This document shows positions 62,165-64,000 of a stretch of DNA of 64,000 bases, one piece after another. The notes under the pieces are model-generated. The model searched no databases. It saw only the letters and a list, made by a program, of their open reading frames with translations, and was not told the origin of the DNA. The position numbers and the translations under genes were made by a program. The stretch lies in the NCBI GenBank assembly GCA_030704615.1, contig CM060733.1, forward strand, positions 24,800,001-24,864,000, given 5' to 3'. The DNA comes from Takakia lepidozioides (Eukaryota; Plantae; Bryophyta). The first letter of the stretch is position 1, and each line of letters opens with the position of its first letter.

Positions 62165-63250
62165 TCATGGCGCAGCCGTGGCAGTCTTGACCCTCAAATC
62201 CGAGGATCCCTCAGCCACTACACCTTTCAGTAACTCCGCAGAAGATGAAGTGACCTCCCCACTCTCAAAGAGTGTTGCTGCTAGTCTGAACACTGCAACT
62301 GGTCTTACCCCCGGCGTCGAAATCATGGTTGCCGAGAACAGTGGGGCTTGACACACAGAGGTGGCTGCCCCCAATAACACACCGGCTGCACTAGCCTTGG
62401 TAGTGGGTGTCAGTGCTGCATGTGTAGTTCTCCCCAATGGCATAGTAACCTCCGCCTCGGTAACAGCCGGGCGAGAACTAGGTGCCATGGATGGCGTCGA
62501 CACTGTCTCTGCCAATGTGAATGACTGAGGAAGCCTCGCTTGACGGCTTGCCTCCCCACGCTGTGGATCCAATTCCACCTCTGCACCTCGTGGCTCAGGA
62601 ACTCGTGCTGCTCCTCGAGTCACGGCTGCAGCAGACTCCACCTGCACTAGTGGTAGTGCTGCTCCGCACATGAATCCCATGCCTCCCATATCTCCTCCCT
62701 CAGGAACACGAGGTGGACCATCCCGCCTGGGAGCCGGTACCACCTGAGCTGTAGCCATGGCAGCGAGCCTCTGCTCTAGCTGCTGAAGCCGGTTGGCCAT
62801 GTCTTGGTCAACACCCTGACCTCCGCGTCCTTGGCCATGTTGAGCTTGCCCTTGGCCTGCACCTCGTGCCCGACCACCTCGTCCTCTCTGGGCTGGTCCA
62901 CCTCGCCCCCGGCCACCATTGTTCCCTTGGAACTGGCCTGGGCGCAACTCAGGGTGCAAGTCATAACACTGGGCATCTCCATGCCCATACTTGCCACAAT
63001 GCCCACACTGCAACTGTGCAGGCTGTGCTTGTACCGGCCTTCTGCCACTCTCTGGGCAATCTCTCTTGACATGGGCTCCTCCACATGTCCAACATATCAC
63101 CCCTGGTTGCTGATGGCCTGCAAAAGGTGCCACGGGCCTCTGCACCTGAGGTCCCCTGTAAGCTCCATGGAACTTGGGTTGGGCAACCTTGCCCCCCTGA
63201 CCACGCTGTTGGGCAGTCCCTTGTACTACATCTCCTCCATCGTGTCCCAC
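62165..63250 (-). CDS. Gag nucleocapsid region with two zinc knuckles and an RGG-rich tract
   Basis: CWTCGGAHVKRDC and CGHCGKYGHGDAQC, followed by GGRGRGG repeats. Same frame as the protease across a TGA at 62165. Confidence 0.85.
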   Translation of the reverse strand: MGHDGGDVVQGTAQQRGQGGKVAQPKFHGAYRGPQVQRPVAPFAGHQQPGVICWTCGGAHVKRDCPESGRRPVQAQPAQLQCGHCGKYGHGDAQCYDLHPELRPGQFQGNNGGRGRGGPAQRGRGGRARGAGQGQAQHGQGRGGQGVDQDMANRLQQLEQRLAAMATAQVVPAPRRDGPPRVPEGGDMGGMGFMCGAALPLVQVESAAAVTRGAARVPEPRGAEVELDPQRGEASRQARLPQSFTLAETVSTPSMAPSSRPAVTEAEVTMPLGRTTHAALTPTTKASAAGVLLGAATSVCQAPLFSATMISTPGVRPVAVFRLAATLFESGEVTSSSAELLKGVVAEGSSDLRVKTATAAP

Positions 63251-64000
63251 AACAATGGCACGGAAATGACTTGCACCCTCGGCGAGAATCCTCCTGACTC
63301 CGAGTCTGAACCTTCCTCAGAAGACACTGAAGGTGAAAGTGGCCTAAACCGCACACCTTGTCTTGTGTACCCACTAGTATCGCTGGTGCTTGTACCGGCA
63401 CTCCCCTCAGCAGCTGGTGGCACCTCCGTGATGAAAACTCACAACCCAACCGGTTGTCAACCTGTCTCTAATCCCCACTTTCTACAAGGTAACCGGGTAA
63501 AGAACCTGTTGCGGCTACTGGTTCAAGCAGGAATAATAGGTTTCTAACGTAGACCTGTACCTGCACCTGCATCCACCGCAAGCACTCTTATGGTCTGCTG
63601 GTCATCAACCCAGCCTCACCATAGAAGAAACACTGGTGGTCTTGCTGGTCATCACTCTAGCCTCACCACCGACAGCATACTCTAGGATTGGCCGGTGATC
63701 AAATCCGGACCAACCTCCTATGAAAACAAGCGCCCACACAAAGCTAACATGGCGCATAGTCAAGCATGCAGGTGTGGAGGGGATCCAAACACAAGAAAAT
63801 CAAGACAGCAACTCCCCCACACCAAAAACACTCCACAGTGTCGCTCCTGCAAGGACACCCCAGCCCAAACCCGGACTGACTCTTGCCTCCACCTACGGAA
63901 AGGTTTTGGCCTACAGAGAGGGTGAAAGACTATGGAGAAGAGAAACTAAAGCAATTCCTAACCCCAGAATGCTCTCATCCCACCACTCTCCCTCCTGTCT

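Larger units (their letters stand above)
56218..64000 (-). mobile_element. Ty3/Gypsy LTR retrotransposon carrying a C5-DNA methyltransferase and a PHD finger (inactivated copy; 5' LTR outside the window)
   Basis: Domain order: zinc knuckles, PR, DNMT, RT, RNase H, INT, PHD, PPT, LTR. RT before INT is the Gypsy order. Confidence 0.93.

Noticed and set aside
62804-63547. 247-aa plus-strand ORF and other antisense ORFs across 57000-63500
   Set aside because: Shadow frames of the GC-rich minus-strand polyprotein, with no motifs.

Overview
Eukaryotic, intron-rich plant DNA. The host is a streptophyte, most likely a non-seed land plant; this is inferred from gene content and transposon types. The + strand carries four spliced genes: a GH38 alpha-mannosidase (~29 exons), a KOBITO1/ELD1-like glycosyltransferase, a TLC-domain membrane protein and a DUF616 glycosyltransferase-like protein. 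There are also gene remnants (choline-transporter-like, possible PIG-H) and many transposons: a decayed L1/Tx1-like LINE; a non-L1 LINE family that repeatedly inserts into (TC)n microsatellites (two long copies plus several short 3' ends with target-site duplications, TSDs); and a truncated Tcn1/sushi-type LTR element with a self-priming signature. The standout is a minus-strand Ty3/Gypsy retrotransposon (56218 to beyond 64000). Its reconstructed polyprotein reads zinc knuckles - protease - DNMT3-like C5 cytosine methyltransferase - RT - RNase H - integrase - PHD finger, i.e. a retroelement carrying its own DNA-methylation writer and a chromatin reader. This copy is inactivated by stops and frameshifts. 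Coordinates were read by eye and family assignments come from motif recognition, not database searches.
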